Shown: one piece after another, positions 19,546-28,806 of the stretch
How the letters are laid out: every line of letters begins with the position of its first letter
How positions within the stretch are numbered: the stretch's first letter is position 1
Position numbers and translations under genes: made by a program
The notes under the pieces: generated by a model
The model's database searches: none
Seen by the model: the letters and a program-made list of their open reading frames with translations, nothing else
Told to the model about the DNA's origin: nothing
Virus record (IMG/VR): IMGVR_UViG_3300037424_001831
Coordinates: 1-50,784 of that record
Direction: 5' to 3' (one strand)
DNA length: 50,784 nucleotides
Source of the DNA: a virus
Lineage: Duplodnaviria; Caudoviricetes

Positions 19546-22445
19546 TATAAATCGTAGCTTGAGTTATTATTTTGAATTTCTATATGCCATATCTCAGCGC
19601 TTGGGTCTCCTCCATTAAGAGTGTTAATCCCGTTACTTATTTTACCATTTGAGCCACCACTATGATTTGTCTTCATATACCATTGGTCTGGAGTTGTCTT
19701 AGCAGTTTTATCAAATTGAACATAGTATGTATCACCATAGTGATTTGGCCCATCAATTGCAAATCTAAGTTGATAACTTGCGGTATCATATCTGTTTGTT
19801 GCAACATTAAAGTTTTTATTTCCTGGCAATATCTGATTGGTATAAGCCAGAGCAAACTCAGGTGGAAATAGACCTCCATCTACAGGGTTTGAAAGGGTGT
19901 AAGATTGTCCAGGAGCCAATGTTATAGTTCCACCTGGGCCAACAAGACCAGAAGGAGTGCTAACTCCACCATAGAGAAGCATGGGGAATGATACGGTCAC
20001 TTCCCCTGTATTTTTAAGAACAAAACTATACAATCTTTCTGCAGATGCATCACAAGCCAGTCTCACATATGTGGGTAATACAAATATTTGTGGCTCATTA
20101 AGGTTGTCTGGATTTGAATTTACAATCCTATAAGCTTCGAGGGTCCCTTTTTTAATAGAAGCGTTATTGTCCATCACAAGAGCGAGGTCAATGTTGTTTA
20201 GATTATAAACATCATTAGCATGTGTCTCAGAGCCCCAAATTCCACCAGATACAATAGAGGTTGTTGTTCCTGGGCCTGGACTTTCAGTGTTTCCGCCAAG
20301 TCCAACGCCATAGGTAATATCGGGACCAAAATACGTATCAGCTCCCCAAAGAGTTCTCATAATTCTTGGCCATCCACTCGGCTTAAGGAAATACCCATAC
20401 CCAGCTTCAAATCTTTGATACTTCTCACCATTAACTACTTTTGATACTCCTGCAAACCTTAGGTATCCTGGATTAGATGGTTGGTATCCATTTGCATACT
20501 CTTCATTCCAAGCAACTCCCGCTTCATACTTGTACATAAAGTTTCTTGTAGCTACTTGTGATATTCTATTTCCAAACCAAATGCCAAAACCAGACTGCGA
20601 ACCAAACCCGCCAGTTGGAGAATTGTTTGGGTCAAAAACTTCATAACCCACAAGGTCTCCATCATTGTAGGCTGGCTCATCAAGATAATAAATACCAGGA
20701 GATGAGGATGGTGTTCTATCGGGTTCATATTGATACCTTTGGTCTGTTGGTTTTTGAGGTATTTTATATTGGTCTGGATAATCTATGGTCCATGGCTTCT
20801 CATAAGGAAAACTACCAAGTCCCTCCCCAAAGCTTGGTGTTGGAGATGAATCTGGAACCGCTGGTGAATAATTAAGGTCAAAATGACTCTTAGTAAACAT
20901 ATCAGAGCCGTTCCAAGCATAAATGGAACCAGTCTTTCTGTTAACCTTATTATTAGAAAAAACATTTAACTGATAAGCTGATAGCCAAACTCCTTTGTGA
21001 CTTGTTGGAACTCCATTTGGGTCAGTTTTAAAACCATTGGGGTCATATATGTTTGCTGGCAATTTTATTACTGGACAACCAAACTTATAAAACTCAGCCT
21101 TATTTTTAATTTGAGCAAACTCAAGATGCCAATTATATTGCTGACCAAACACTCTATCAAGGTCGGTTTGAATTTCTGCAAATTTAATCTCTGTCTTTGG
21201 AAAATCTTGCTTGGCCATATTTCGCATCTCAATCTTAATACTATTTGCAGCATTCTGAGCTACAGCGGACTCAAGTCTTTGGGCACCAATTGCCATTGGA
21301 GGAAATATATAGGTTGTCCATTTTCTAAGGTCCATATTAACCGTAACATTCAATTCGGTGAAACCAGTTTGTATTGTTCCCCAGGCTGGTACTACATCAA
21401 TAGGAAATTGCTTAAATGCAAAGTTTGGTATTTGGTCTAATATCGCATCATCATCTGGAGGGAAAGGGAAGAAATTAAGAGCAATTTCATCTCTTGTCAA
21501 GCCCTGCTTAAGAAGGTCAACTTCAAACATTACTATCTGAGTTCCAATTGGAGCGTCATATATTACAAATTCTCCTTCATCATTTGTTGTGGTTACATAC
21601 TTATATTGGTCTGGCACTGTTGTAAACTGAGAAGCAGACCTTAATAGTTTATTTTTATCAAAATCAAATGACTCAACATTAAAATATTCTGATTGTGAGA
21701 TAGATTCTTTAATATTAAGGAAAATTCTATCTCCATTATCTGAAACAGATGATGAATTTGGGTAATCTTGTGATGAATTAAATATTCCAACTGGAACGTT
21801 TCTAAGTGGAATTCTTATGTTATTTCCTTCCGAATCCTTAATGTTTTGAAGAGCTACAAGCCTACCAAATACAACGCCTGTATTAGCCTCTTGAGTAGGT
21901 ATACTATTCACAAGATTGTTGTAAATATTCAGCGTATCAAGAGTTCCATAAGTTCGATTCAATTTTATATTAACAAAAAAATCATCAATCTCATGAAAGT
22001 CCCTGAACACATAATCTGTATGACCAGGAACAACTGGTGCATTTGGGTTTGGTGCTACCCCCTCTGCGGTGAGTATAGTTGCGCCAGTAGTTAGTGATTC
22101 AGACACTTGATTATTAAATCTTTCTTTAATCAGCGCTAACCTATTATCATCAACAATGTAGGCAAAATCTTTTACATAAGAATATCCAGTTATATGATTA
22201 CTCGATAAATCTTCAAGCGGAACATAAATGTTGTCTGTATTTAGTGTCCATAGATTTTTCCCATCAAATGTAGATACTTTAACTGGATTGTTAAAATTAT
22301 CAAGCCATACAACGGTTGGAACATAATTAATATTAGGATTTCTTGACAAAACATCTGTTATAGCATTTAAGTGTGTGCTGAAATATGTTAGTGTTGTTCC
22401 AGATGTAAATTCCTTTAATAATATTTCCTCTTGTTGAATGCTCAT
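19545..22445 (-). CDS. Large putative baseplate/tail structural protein
   Basis: 966 aa; GVVFGRL...VTTTNDEGEFVIYDAPIG beta-sandwich; directly downstream of the gp6-like gene. Confidence 0.6.
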   Translation of the reverse strand: MSIQQEEILLKEFTSGTTLTYFSTHLNAITDVLSRNPNINYVPTVVWLDNFNNPVKVSTFDGKNLWTLNTDNIYVPLEDLSSNHITGYSYVKDFAYIVDDNRLALIKERFNNQVSESLTTGATILTAEGVAPNPNAPVVPGHTDYVFRDFHEIDDFFVNIKLNRTYGTLDTLNIYNNLVNSIPTQEANTGVVFGRLVALQNIKDSEGNNIRIPLRNVPVGIFNSSQDYPNSSSVSDNGDRIFLNIKESISQSEYFNVESFDFDKNKLLRSASQFTTVPDQYKYVTTTNDEGEFVIYDAPIGTQIVMFEVDLLKQGLTRDEIALNFFPFPPDDDAILDQIPNFAFKQFPIDVVPAWGTIQTGFTELNVTVNMDLRKWTTYIFPPMAIGAQRLESAVAQNAANSIKIEMRNMAKQDFPKTEIKFAEIQTDLDRVFGQQYNWHLEFAQIKNKAEFYKFGCPVIKLPANIYDPNGFKTDPNGVPTSHKGVWLSAYQLNVFSNNKVNRKTGSIYAWNGSDMFTKSHFDLNYSPAVPDSSPTPSFGEGLGSFPYEKPWTIDYPDQYKIPQKPTDQRYQYEPDRTPSSSPGIYYLDEPAYNDGDLVGYEVFDPNNSPTGGFGSQSGFGIWFGNRISQVATRNFMYKYEAGVAWNEEYANGYQPSNPGYLRFAGVSKVVNGEKYQRFEAGYGYFLKPSGWPRIMRTLWGADTYFGPDITYGVGLGGNTESPGPGTTTSIVSGGIWGSETHANDVYNLNNIDLALVMDNNASIKKGTLEAYRIVNSNPDNLNEPQIFVLPTYVRLACDASAERLYSFVLKNTGEVTVSFPMLLYGGVSTPSGLVGPGGTITLAPGQSYTLSNPVDGGLFPPEFALAYTNQILPGNKNFNVATNRYDTASYQLRFAIDGPNHYGDTYYVQFDKTAKTTPDQWYMKTNHSGGSNGKISNGINTLNGGDPSAEIWHIEIQNNNSSYDL

Positions 22446-22522
22446 GAGTGTTTTATTCTAAATATAGGCAAAGAAAAAACTGAGATAAATAGTTAATGCT
22501 ATTTTTCTAAATTTATAAAACC

Positions 22523-22553
22523 AAAAAAGCCAGATTTTTAAATTTCTGGCTTT
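22523..22553 (-). terminator. Intrinsic terminator after the gp6-like gene
   Basis: AAAGCCAGA/TCTGGCTTT inverted repeat with a minus-strand U tract. Confidence 0.65.
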
Positions 22554-22560
22554 ATTTCAA

Positions 22561-24456
22561 TTAGGTTATAGATGTATTTATTTCGGTGCCAGATGCTGTC
22601 CTCACCAATATATCTTTTTCTGGTATCTTAATCTCAAACATAGAAATTGGGTTTCCAAATATAGCGTTGTCAATATACTCAAATTGAGTTCTATATGCAC
22701 CAGTAGATGGGTCCTGAGTTCTATTAAAATTTGCTTGAGAATGTCTTGAACTTGAGTATCCTCCACCTTCCATATTAAACACTCTAATGTCAACAACATT
22801 GATTACACCTGGGATGTCTCTAAGAAAGTCTGTAAGTTGAGCCATATAGATGTTTTGGTTCATTTGCCACCTCTCAACATCAAAGTAGTTTTTTATAGAG
22901 TTTATCGCCTGAGCCTTTACCTCCCCAGCATTAAACGTCTTATCAATGAATAAATCAATTTCAATTTGAAGGTTAATAATTTTTCCATCATTAATCTCAA
23001 CAAAATCATTAACCATTCTGTATGGAACTAAGTATCTTTGTAAATTTTCCTTTACAACACTTGTCGAAATATCAAAAAGTTTTCCTGCCCCATCCCTTGT
23101 AAGGATGTATAATTTTACTTTATTGTCCTCAATCTTTCCAAATATTCTAAATGGGGCACCGAATTTACCAGGAATTTGAAATGCTCTCGCAACATAGTCA
23201 TCCAGTGTAACAGCTCTATTTTGAGAGTTGTAATTAGCTGCAATGTAACTCTTAATTTCTTCAACGGAAGGGAGTCCAACTCCACCAATTGCTGGAATTG
23301 GATTGTTTGCTCTTGTTGATGATAACACTCCTTGTACTAATGTCAAATTTGCTCCCAGAGATTGACTCTGAATATTTGATACCTCGTTAAGAACGTTAGA
23401 ACCTACGTTACTTAAAGGGCCACCACCAGCTCTGTACTTAACAAAAATAGTAGAGTTAGGTGGAATCTGTACCCCAAGAGCTGTGTTGTTAAGAATCACA
23501 GATACATCAAGGTTATTTGAGTCTGGACACTTAACTGTATTGGTAAGACTTGTCAAATAAGCTGCGTAAGCATCATAATCTTCAACTCCACCACCAAATG
23601 TAAGCACACATGAACCATCTGACAAAAATTCTTTTTCAAATCTTTTTTCAATCTCAACATACCTACCAGTCTTAACTCCATTGATGTCATCAGCGCTATC
23701 ATCCTCTAAAAATATTTTATCAGTAGGAAGGGAGTCAACTTCAAAATATTGAAGCTGAAAATCATTGAATTCACTGTAACTTGGGGTTCTATTAATTCCA
23801 AGTCCATTAAGAACTATAACTCCAACTATTTCAAGAACATTTTTATCTGGGAGTTCTACTTGATAGAATGGTCCTGCTTGTCCAGCTGGAACTTCTACTT
23901 TAAATATCTTAGTAACACCCGCTTTAATAAGCTCTCTCTTGATTATTCTATATCTGATTAAATCTTGGTTTCCATTAAATATAGGTTCAATAATTCTGTT
24001 GGCAACACCCTCTTCACTAAAGTCGCTTGAAAAGTCAATTTCATTCACTGTTTCGAAGGTTTGCCCAGCCCCCTTAACTCTCATTCCAGACCTATAAACA
24101 GGAAGATAGCTTGCATCTGGACCATCTGCTGTAGGCGGAACCTCTATGATAATATCTGCAATACTTATCGCTGGCCTAACTCCTGGTGGTTTGTATCCAA
24201 ATGTTTTGGCAAGTCTGTACACAGACCTTCTCTCCTGGACACCATCAATAAAAAGTTCATTGTATTTCTTATCAGTTGCGTAAGACAATAAATCACCAAC
24301 ATAAGCGTTAAGCTCCAATAGGGCCATACCTGGTGAGGTGACATTAAAATCTTGCCATTGCTCTGGGAAAAATGTTTTAAGATAGTTGATTAGGTCACCT
24401 CTAATTGAGGAGAAATCTCTGCTTAAATAATTTACTGTTACAGTCTTTTGTGCCAT
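22561..24456 (-). CDS. Baseplate wedge subunit (T4 gp6 / BaseplateJ-like)
   Basis: YLSRDFSSIRGDL, LAKTFGYKP, YRAGGG and QNRAVTLDDY motifs; adjacent to the gp25-like gene. Confidence 0.85.
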   Translation of the reverse strand: MAQKTVTVNYLSRDFSSIRGDLINYLKTFFPEQWQDFNVTSPGMALLELNAYVGDLLSYATDKKYNELFIDGVQERRSVYRLAKTFGYKPPGVRPAISIADIIIEVPPTADGPDASYLPVYRSGMRVKGAGQTFETVNEIDFSSDFSEEGVANRIIEPIFNGNQDLIRYRIIKRELIKAGVTKIFKVEVPAGQAGPFYQVELPDKNVLEIVGVIVLNGLGINRTPSYSEFNDFQLQYFEVDSLPTDKIFLEDDSADDINGVKTGRYVEIEKRFEKEFLSDGSCVLTFGGGVEDYDAYAAYLTSLTNTVKCPDSNNLDVSVILNNTALGVQIPPNSTIFVKYRAGGGPLSNVGSNVLNEVSNIQSQSLGANLTLVQGVLSSTRANNPIPAIGGVGLPSVEEIKSYIAANYNSQNRAVTLDDYVARAFQIPGKFGAPFRIFGKIEDNKVKLYILTRDGAGKLFDISTSVVKENLQRYLVPYRMVNDFVEINDGKIINLQIEIDLFIDKTFNAGEVKAQAINSIKNYFDVERWQMNQNIYMAQLTDFLRDIPGVINVVDIRVFNMEGGGYSSSRHSQANFNRTQDPSTGAYRTQFEYIDNAIFGNPISMFEIKIPEKDILVRTASGTEINTSIT

Positions 24457-24465
24457 GTTTTATTT

Positions 24466-24876
24466 TTAAAAATGTGGGCTATTTTCTGCATCTTCACCAG
24501 CTTCTACTGGAACTACAACGCTAACGCTATCATTAACCCCACCAAGGTCAATAATTTTATAGGTTATCTTAACCTCAAGCAAATTTTCTTGTTCATTAAA
24601 AGTGAACTTGATTTGTGTAACCTCTATTTCAGATAAATACTCAGATATTTTCTCGATGAGTTCGCCCCTAAGTTTTGTTGCAGAAATATCATCCCATGGC
24701 TCAAATATATAATCCCACAAAGGAGAGTAAAGACCATTATTCATAACTCTATTCCTTCTCTTTGTTGTTAGAAGAGAAATTAAATCAGTCTGAATTGCCT
24801 CGGCTGTGGTTTTTGTCGATAAAAATACACCACCCTCTTGAGTCTCTTGAAATGGGAATCTTATACTTATTGGCAT
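24466..24876 (-). CDS. Baseplate wedge / sheath initiator (gp25-like)
   Basis: IRFPF...AIQTDLISLLTTKRRNRVMN...YIFEP pattern. Confidence 0.8.
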   Translation of the reverse strand: MPISIRFPFQETQEGGVFLSTKTTAEAIQTDLISLLTTKRRNRVMNNGLYSPLWDYIFEPWDDISATKLRGELIEKISEYLSEIEVTQIKFTFNEQENLLEVKITYKIIDLGGVNDSVSVVVPVEAGEDAENSPHF

Positions 24877-24894
24877 AGCTATACTTTGTTTTAA

Positions 24895-24902
24895 TATAAA
24901 TA
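24895..24902 (-). promoter_or_regulatory. TATTTATA putative late-promoter motif (left arm of a divergent pair)
   Basis: Exact octamer 18 nt before ATG 24876. Confidence 0.55.
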
Positions 24903-24953
24903 TGCCTACAAAAAAAATAAAGGGTTAGGTAGGTTATAAAAAGAATTAATGAA

Positions 24954-24961
24954 TATTTATA
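24954..24961 (+). promoter_or_regulatory. TATTTATA putative late-promoter motif (right arm of a divergent pair)
   Basis: Exact octamer 12 nt before ATG 24974. Confidence 0.55.
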
Positions 24962-24973
24962 AGAAAACAGTTT

Positions 24974-26407
24974 ATGGGAGTTTTTAGAATATATCCTTCA
25001 AAATCAAATTCAATAGCCAGTGGTGCTTACCAAAATTATAACTCAGGTCAAAATGCAGTTACTGACCTTTGGTATGGAGGTGGAGGTACAGATACCGCTC
25101 CAGAGAAAAGAAATTCTATAAGTAGATTTATTGTAAAATTTGAACTTGATGAACTTGCTAATAAGCTTGCTCTGAAAGAAATTAACCCAAATCTAATTAC
25201 CTCATACAAACTTAAGATGACAAACGCCATTCCAGGAGATAGAATTCTGGACCCTGAGTATGAATTTGATATTCTTGACAAAAGAATATCGGCATCTTAT
25301 GACCTCATAGCATTTCCTGTAAATAAAGATTGGGATGAAGGAAGAGGTTATGACCTTTATAAAGAAAATTACCTTGTAAAACAACGTGGAAATCCACTAT
25401 TAACTGGATATTCTAATTGGAACTCCGCTACGCTTGCTACTACTTGGGATGAACCAGGTATATTCACCAACCCAACAGCTTCAACGGCTGTAACTCAATA
25501 TTCAACTCAACATTTTGATATAGGTAATGAGGATATTGACATGGACATTACTGATATTGTAAGGGATTGGCTAAGCGGTGGTTCTCAGAATAATGGAATT
25601 GCGGTTGCATATAGAAGAGATTATGAGCTTTTAAGTACAGATACCAGATATATTGCTTCTTTCTTTACAGAAAAAACAAACACAGCATTTAAACCATACA
25701 TAGAGGTTAACTATACTCAGTCATTCCAGGATGATAGACTTCAAGTAACTAATAATAGAACTTCAAGACTATTCTTGTACACATATAGCGGAAATAATGC
25801 TGTTAACTATTTTTCTGCTGGAACCGTTGAAATTAGAACTCTTGCTGATGTTCCCGTATACACTGGTCTTACTCCAACTCAAATGGAGAATGGTGTTTAT
25901 TACATAGATGTACTTATGAACTTAGCGACTCGTGGCGAGCAGTATAAAGATGTTTGGCAGGGAGTTACATTTGTTCCAGGTATTGACCAACAAGATATTA
26001 CTCAGGTATTTACTATACGTGATAACTATTATCTGAACAACGTTCCGCAGGTTAATGATTATTCTGTTTCTGTTTACGGGATTGGAAATAACTCTATACT
26101 TTCAATCGGAGAAACTCACAAAGTTTTTGTAGACCTTAGGGTTAACTACAGTAGTAGAAATCAACCAAATACAGCTTACGACCTTAAATATAGAATGGTA
26201 ATGAACAACCAGGTAGAAGTAATTCCGTGGACTTCTGTGAACCAAGCTGTCATAAACAAATGTAAACAAAACTATTTTGTACTTGAGACAGGTTGGCTAC
26301 TTCACAATCAAACTTATAGTATCCAGTTTAGAATTGATGAGTTTGGCACCAAAAGAGTAATGCCTAATGCAACTGTATTTAAGGTAATACGACCCGATGG
26401 TTTCTAA
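24974..26407 (+). CDS. Putative virion protein with a DNRLRE/CBM96-like domain
   Basis: SRFIVKFEL...WDEG...W..PG...DITDIVRDWLSG..NNGI...KPYIEVNY pattern. Confidence 0.6.
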   Translation: MGVFRIYPSKSNSIASGAYQNYNSGQNAVTDLWYGGGGTDTAPEKRNSISRFIVKFELDELANKLALKEINPNLITSYKLKMTNAIPGDRILDPEYEFDILDKRISASYDLIAFPVNKDWDEGRGYDLYKENYLVKQRGNPLLTGYSNWNSATLATTWDEPGIFTNPTASTAVTQYSTQHFDIGNEDIDMDITDIVRDWLSGGSQNNGIAVAYRRDYELLSTDTRYIASFFTEKTNTAFKPYIEVNYTQSFQDDRLQVTNNRTSRLFLYTYSGNNAVNYFSAGTVEIRTLADVPVYTGLTPTQMENGVYYIDVLMNLATRGEQYKDVWQGVTFVPGIDQQDITQVFTIRDNYYLNNVPQVNDYSVSVYGIGNNSILSIGETHKVFVDLRVNYSSRNQPNTAYDLKYRMVMNNQVEVIPWTSVNQAVINKCKQNYFVLETGWLLHNQTYSIQFRIDEFGTKRVMPNATVFKVIRPDGF

Positions 26408-26870
26408 TAGAAGTATTTAGCATATCTATCGCCTCCATTGCAATGAGATAAGTATTTCTACTTCTACTATCTTTCAATTCAAGTCTCTTAACAATTGTCT
26501 CATTTGGAGTCGATATTGCTACATAAATTGTTCCAGCTGGGTTTGCCTCAGTTCCAAAACCATTCACATCAGCATATCCAGTGGTTGCGATTGAATACTG
26601 TGTACCCATCACTTCCTTAACTCTTTCAGCCATTCTACAAGCAACTTCGGGACTAACCTCAGTATGCATGTCTATCAACTCTTTTTCTACGCCCAGAACG
26701 TTTATCTTAGCTTTATTGCTATATACCACCAGAGAACCTTCAAAATAACTTGAGCTTCCAGGAAACGATGTGAGGAGGTTACTTATGTATCCAGATGTGC
26801 AGCTTTCTGCGGTTGAGATTTTACAATTTTGGCTTTTTATAAATTCGCCAAGCTTTTCGATTAAGTTCAT
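26379..26870 (-). CDS. pncC: CinA C-terminal domain / NMN amidohydrolase (PncC-like)
   Basis: STAESCTSG, GSSSYFEG, YSNKAK, VSPEVA..MA, ATTGYA and GTIYVAI motifs. Confidence 0.85.
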   Translation of the reverse strand: MNLIEKLGEFIKSQNCKISTAESCTSGYISNLLTSFPGSSSYFEGSLVVYSNKAKINVLGVEKELIDMHTEVSPEVACRMAERVKEVMGTQYSIATTGYADVNGFGTEANPAGTIYVAISTPNETIVKRLELKDSRSRNTYLIAMEAIDMLNTSIRNHRVVLP

Positions 26871-26880
26871 GTTTATGCAA

Positions 26881-27111
26881 TTATATGTAACCGTTGTCCC
26901 CTAAATCCTTTTGTGTTGGAAATCCTATGATTTTATCACAAAATTTACACATCTTTCTCAATTTAGAAGCTCCGACTCCAAAGTTAATATCTTTAATTTT
27001 ATAATCCGAATGTTTACAGGTTTTTCTTAATTCTACCAACTCTTCCTCAACCACCTTAATCATATTAATCAATTCCTCTGCCTTTTGTTTGATTTCATCG
27101 TTTTTTTCCAT
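26881..27111 (-). CDS. Small coiled-coil plus putative Zn-binding protein; paralog of 1296..1532
   Basis: TCKHSDY...KMCKFC...GFPT. Confidence 0.7.
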   Translation of the reverse strand: MEKNDEIKQKAEELINMIKVVEEELVELRKTCKHSDYKIKDINFGVGASKLRKMCKFCDKIIGFPTQKDLGDNGYI

Positions 27112-27174
27112 TAAAATCCTTTTGGTTAGACTTTCATTAGAAAATAGAACGCTTTTTTACATTAGGTTTAGGTT

Positions 27175-28143
27175 TTAGTTAATTCTTATGTGATTTGATA
27201 TAATTCTTTGTAGATTACCATCAACTGTGTATGAAGACATTTCATCTGACTCTGGAGTTGCCAATAAAGGTAGTTGCGGAGTATGAATATGTGTCAACAG
27301 AACTTTTATTATGAGGTCGAGTATTTTTATTAGCTCATCTCCAAATACCGCTGGGTGAAGGGAGTTGGCTAAATCTCCGAACGACTTAAGGTCTTCATTT
27401 ATTTCAAAATCAGCCAAAGCAGCATCTCTAAACTTACCTCTTATAGAGTAAAAGTTCATATTTGTTGAAGTTAAATTTGCTTGTGAATACTTGGGTATTA
27501 GCTCATCATCTTTTTCGATGTCATTTTCTTGTTGAATCATCTGGAAGATAGATGGGGTTGTCTCATTTATATTTAGAGTTCCTTTGTCGAATTTACCAGC
27601 TACCATAAAAACTTCTCTCGGCCTAAGTATCAAATCTGCATCTGTACGACCTTGAAGTGCGATGTCACCTACTTTTGGAATTACAGTTAATGCTTGTAAG
27701 TTATTATCTTTGTTAGGATTGAGATTAAAGTCAGTGTACTTAAATACCCTTTGGGCTTCAGCGTAAGCTTGGAACTTTAGTTTAAACGGGCTATTAATCT
27801 GAGAACCCATATAATATCTCGGAGCTGAGTTATCGCTTGGATTTTCCAAGAAAACATAAATCATCTCATCCACAAGTGGTATTATGTGGAAGTTGTTTGG
27901 CATAATTGGAACGCAGAATGGTAGTTGGTCGGTTGGAGTATCTCTATCCCTACCTCCATTAATTTGGTCATTCTCATCAAGTGATATGATTCGAGCTATA
28001 ACCCTCTTCATTCCAAGCGGGTCCTCATTGTTAACTACAATCGCTGGGTATATGTTTCTGGAGTTTTGGTTTCCCTCAGAAACCATACCACCAACAATAC
28101 CTTGATTTTGCAAAGTTGCTCTCGCTAATTTGTCTATCCCCAT
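27175..28143 (-). CDS. Baseplate central spike (gp5/gpV-like)
   Basis: N-terminal OB-fold pattern IVVNNEDPLGMKRVIARI...P.VDEMIYV; HxH (THIHT) near the C-terminus. Confidence 0.65.
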   Translation of the reverse strand: MGIDKLARATLQNQGIVGGMVSEGNQNSRNIYPAIVVNNEDPLGMKRVIARIISLDENDQINGGRDRDTPTDQLPFCVPIMPNNFHIIPLVDEMIYVFLENPSDNSAPRYYMGSQINSPFKLKFQAYAEAQRVFKYTDFNLNPNKDNNLQALTVIPKVGDIALQGRTDADLILRPREVFMVAGKFDKGTLNINETTPSIFQMIQQENDIEKDDELIPKYSQANLTSTNMNFYSIRGKFRDAALADFEINEDLKSFGDLANSLHPAVFGDELIKILDLIIKVLLTHIHTPQLPLLATPESDEMSSYTVDGNLQRIISNHIRIN

Positions 28144-28144
28144 T

Positions 28145-28378
28145 TTATGATGCTTTTATTTGTTCAAATATTTTCGCCTGTTCAAGCTCTATCTGGTCAA
28201 GTTCATTAAACATATCTTCAATAATAGCCATACCACTGATGTGTTCTGGGCCAATTTTCTCTTTAGAATCCAAATCTTCAAGAGCTGTCTCTATTATTGC
28301 TTTTTTTTCATCAAATTTATCAGCAAGAACCTGAGCCTCCGCAATCAATTCTTTCTTAGTTTTTCTTACCTCTTCCAT
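28145..28378 (-). CDS. Small coiled-coil hypothetical protein
   Basis: TAATG overlap with the upstream gene. Confidence 0.6.
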   Translation of the reverse strand: MEEVRKTKKELIAEAQVLADKFDEKKAIIETALEDLDSKEKIGPEHISGMAIIEDMFNELDQIELEQAKIFEQIKAS

Positions 28379-28794
28379 TAGCTTGCTATTCCAGTTGCTG
28401 AGTGAGGTGCTGTAGTAGCTCCTACCACGGCCACAGGACCACCAGCATTCGCTCCAGATGCACTTACAATTGCTCCAGCATCAGTTGCGATGTCAACTCG
28501 CATATCTGTTTGAATCGCTGTCACAATTTCCTCCATCATAATTTTAACAAAATTTTCCATAACGTTAGGGGTACCGCCAACAAGTGGTCCCGTAGGTATT
28601 CCAGCTTCTTCAAACCTTGCGGTAATTGAGGATGTAAGGATTTGGGCGTTAAGCCCTGGTCTTGTCTTAGCGAGAAGAATTTGTGGAATACTCGGTTTTG
28701 GGACGGGTACTCTATCTTCCTTAAGGAGGAATAGCAGGAAATCTGCTATCTCCTCTGACTTTTGAAGGTCTTCATTTATTGGTATAACTGCCAT
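28378..28794 (-). CDS. Hypothetical protein, possibly spike-associated
   Basis: C-terminus SASGANAGGPVAVVG; two genes upstream of the spike gene. Confidence 0.55.
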   Translation of the reverse strand: MAVIPINEDLQKSEEIADFLLFLLKEDRVPVPKPSIPQILLAKTRPGLNAQILTSSITARFEEAGIPTGPLVGGTPNVMENFVKIMMEEIVTAIQTDMRVDIATDAGAIVSASGANAGGPVAVVGATTAPHSATGIAS

Positions 28795-28806
28795 GTCTAT
28801 TATTTA

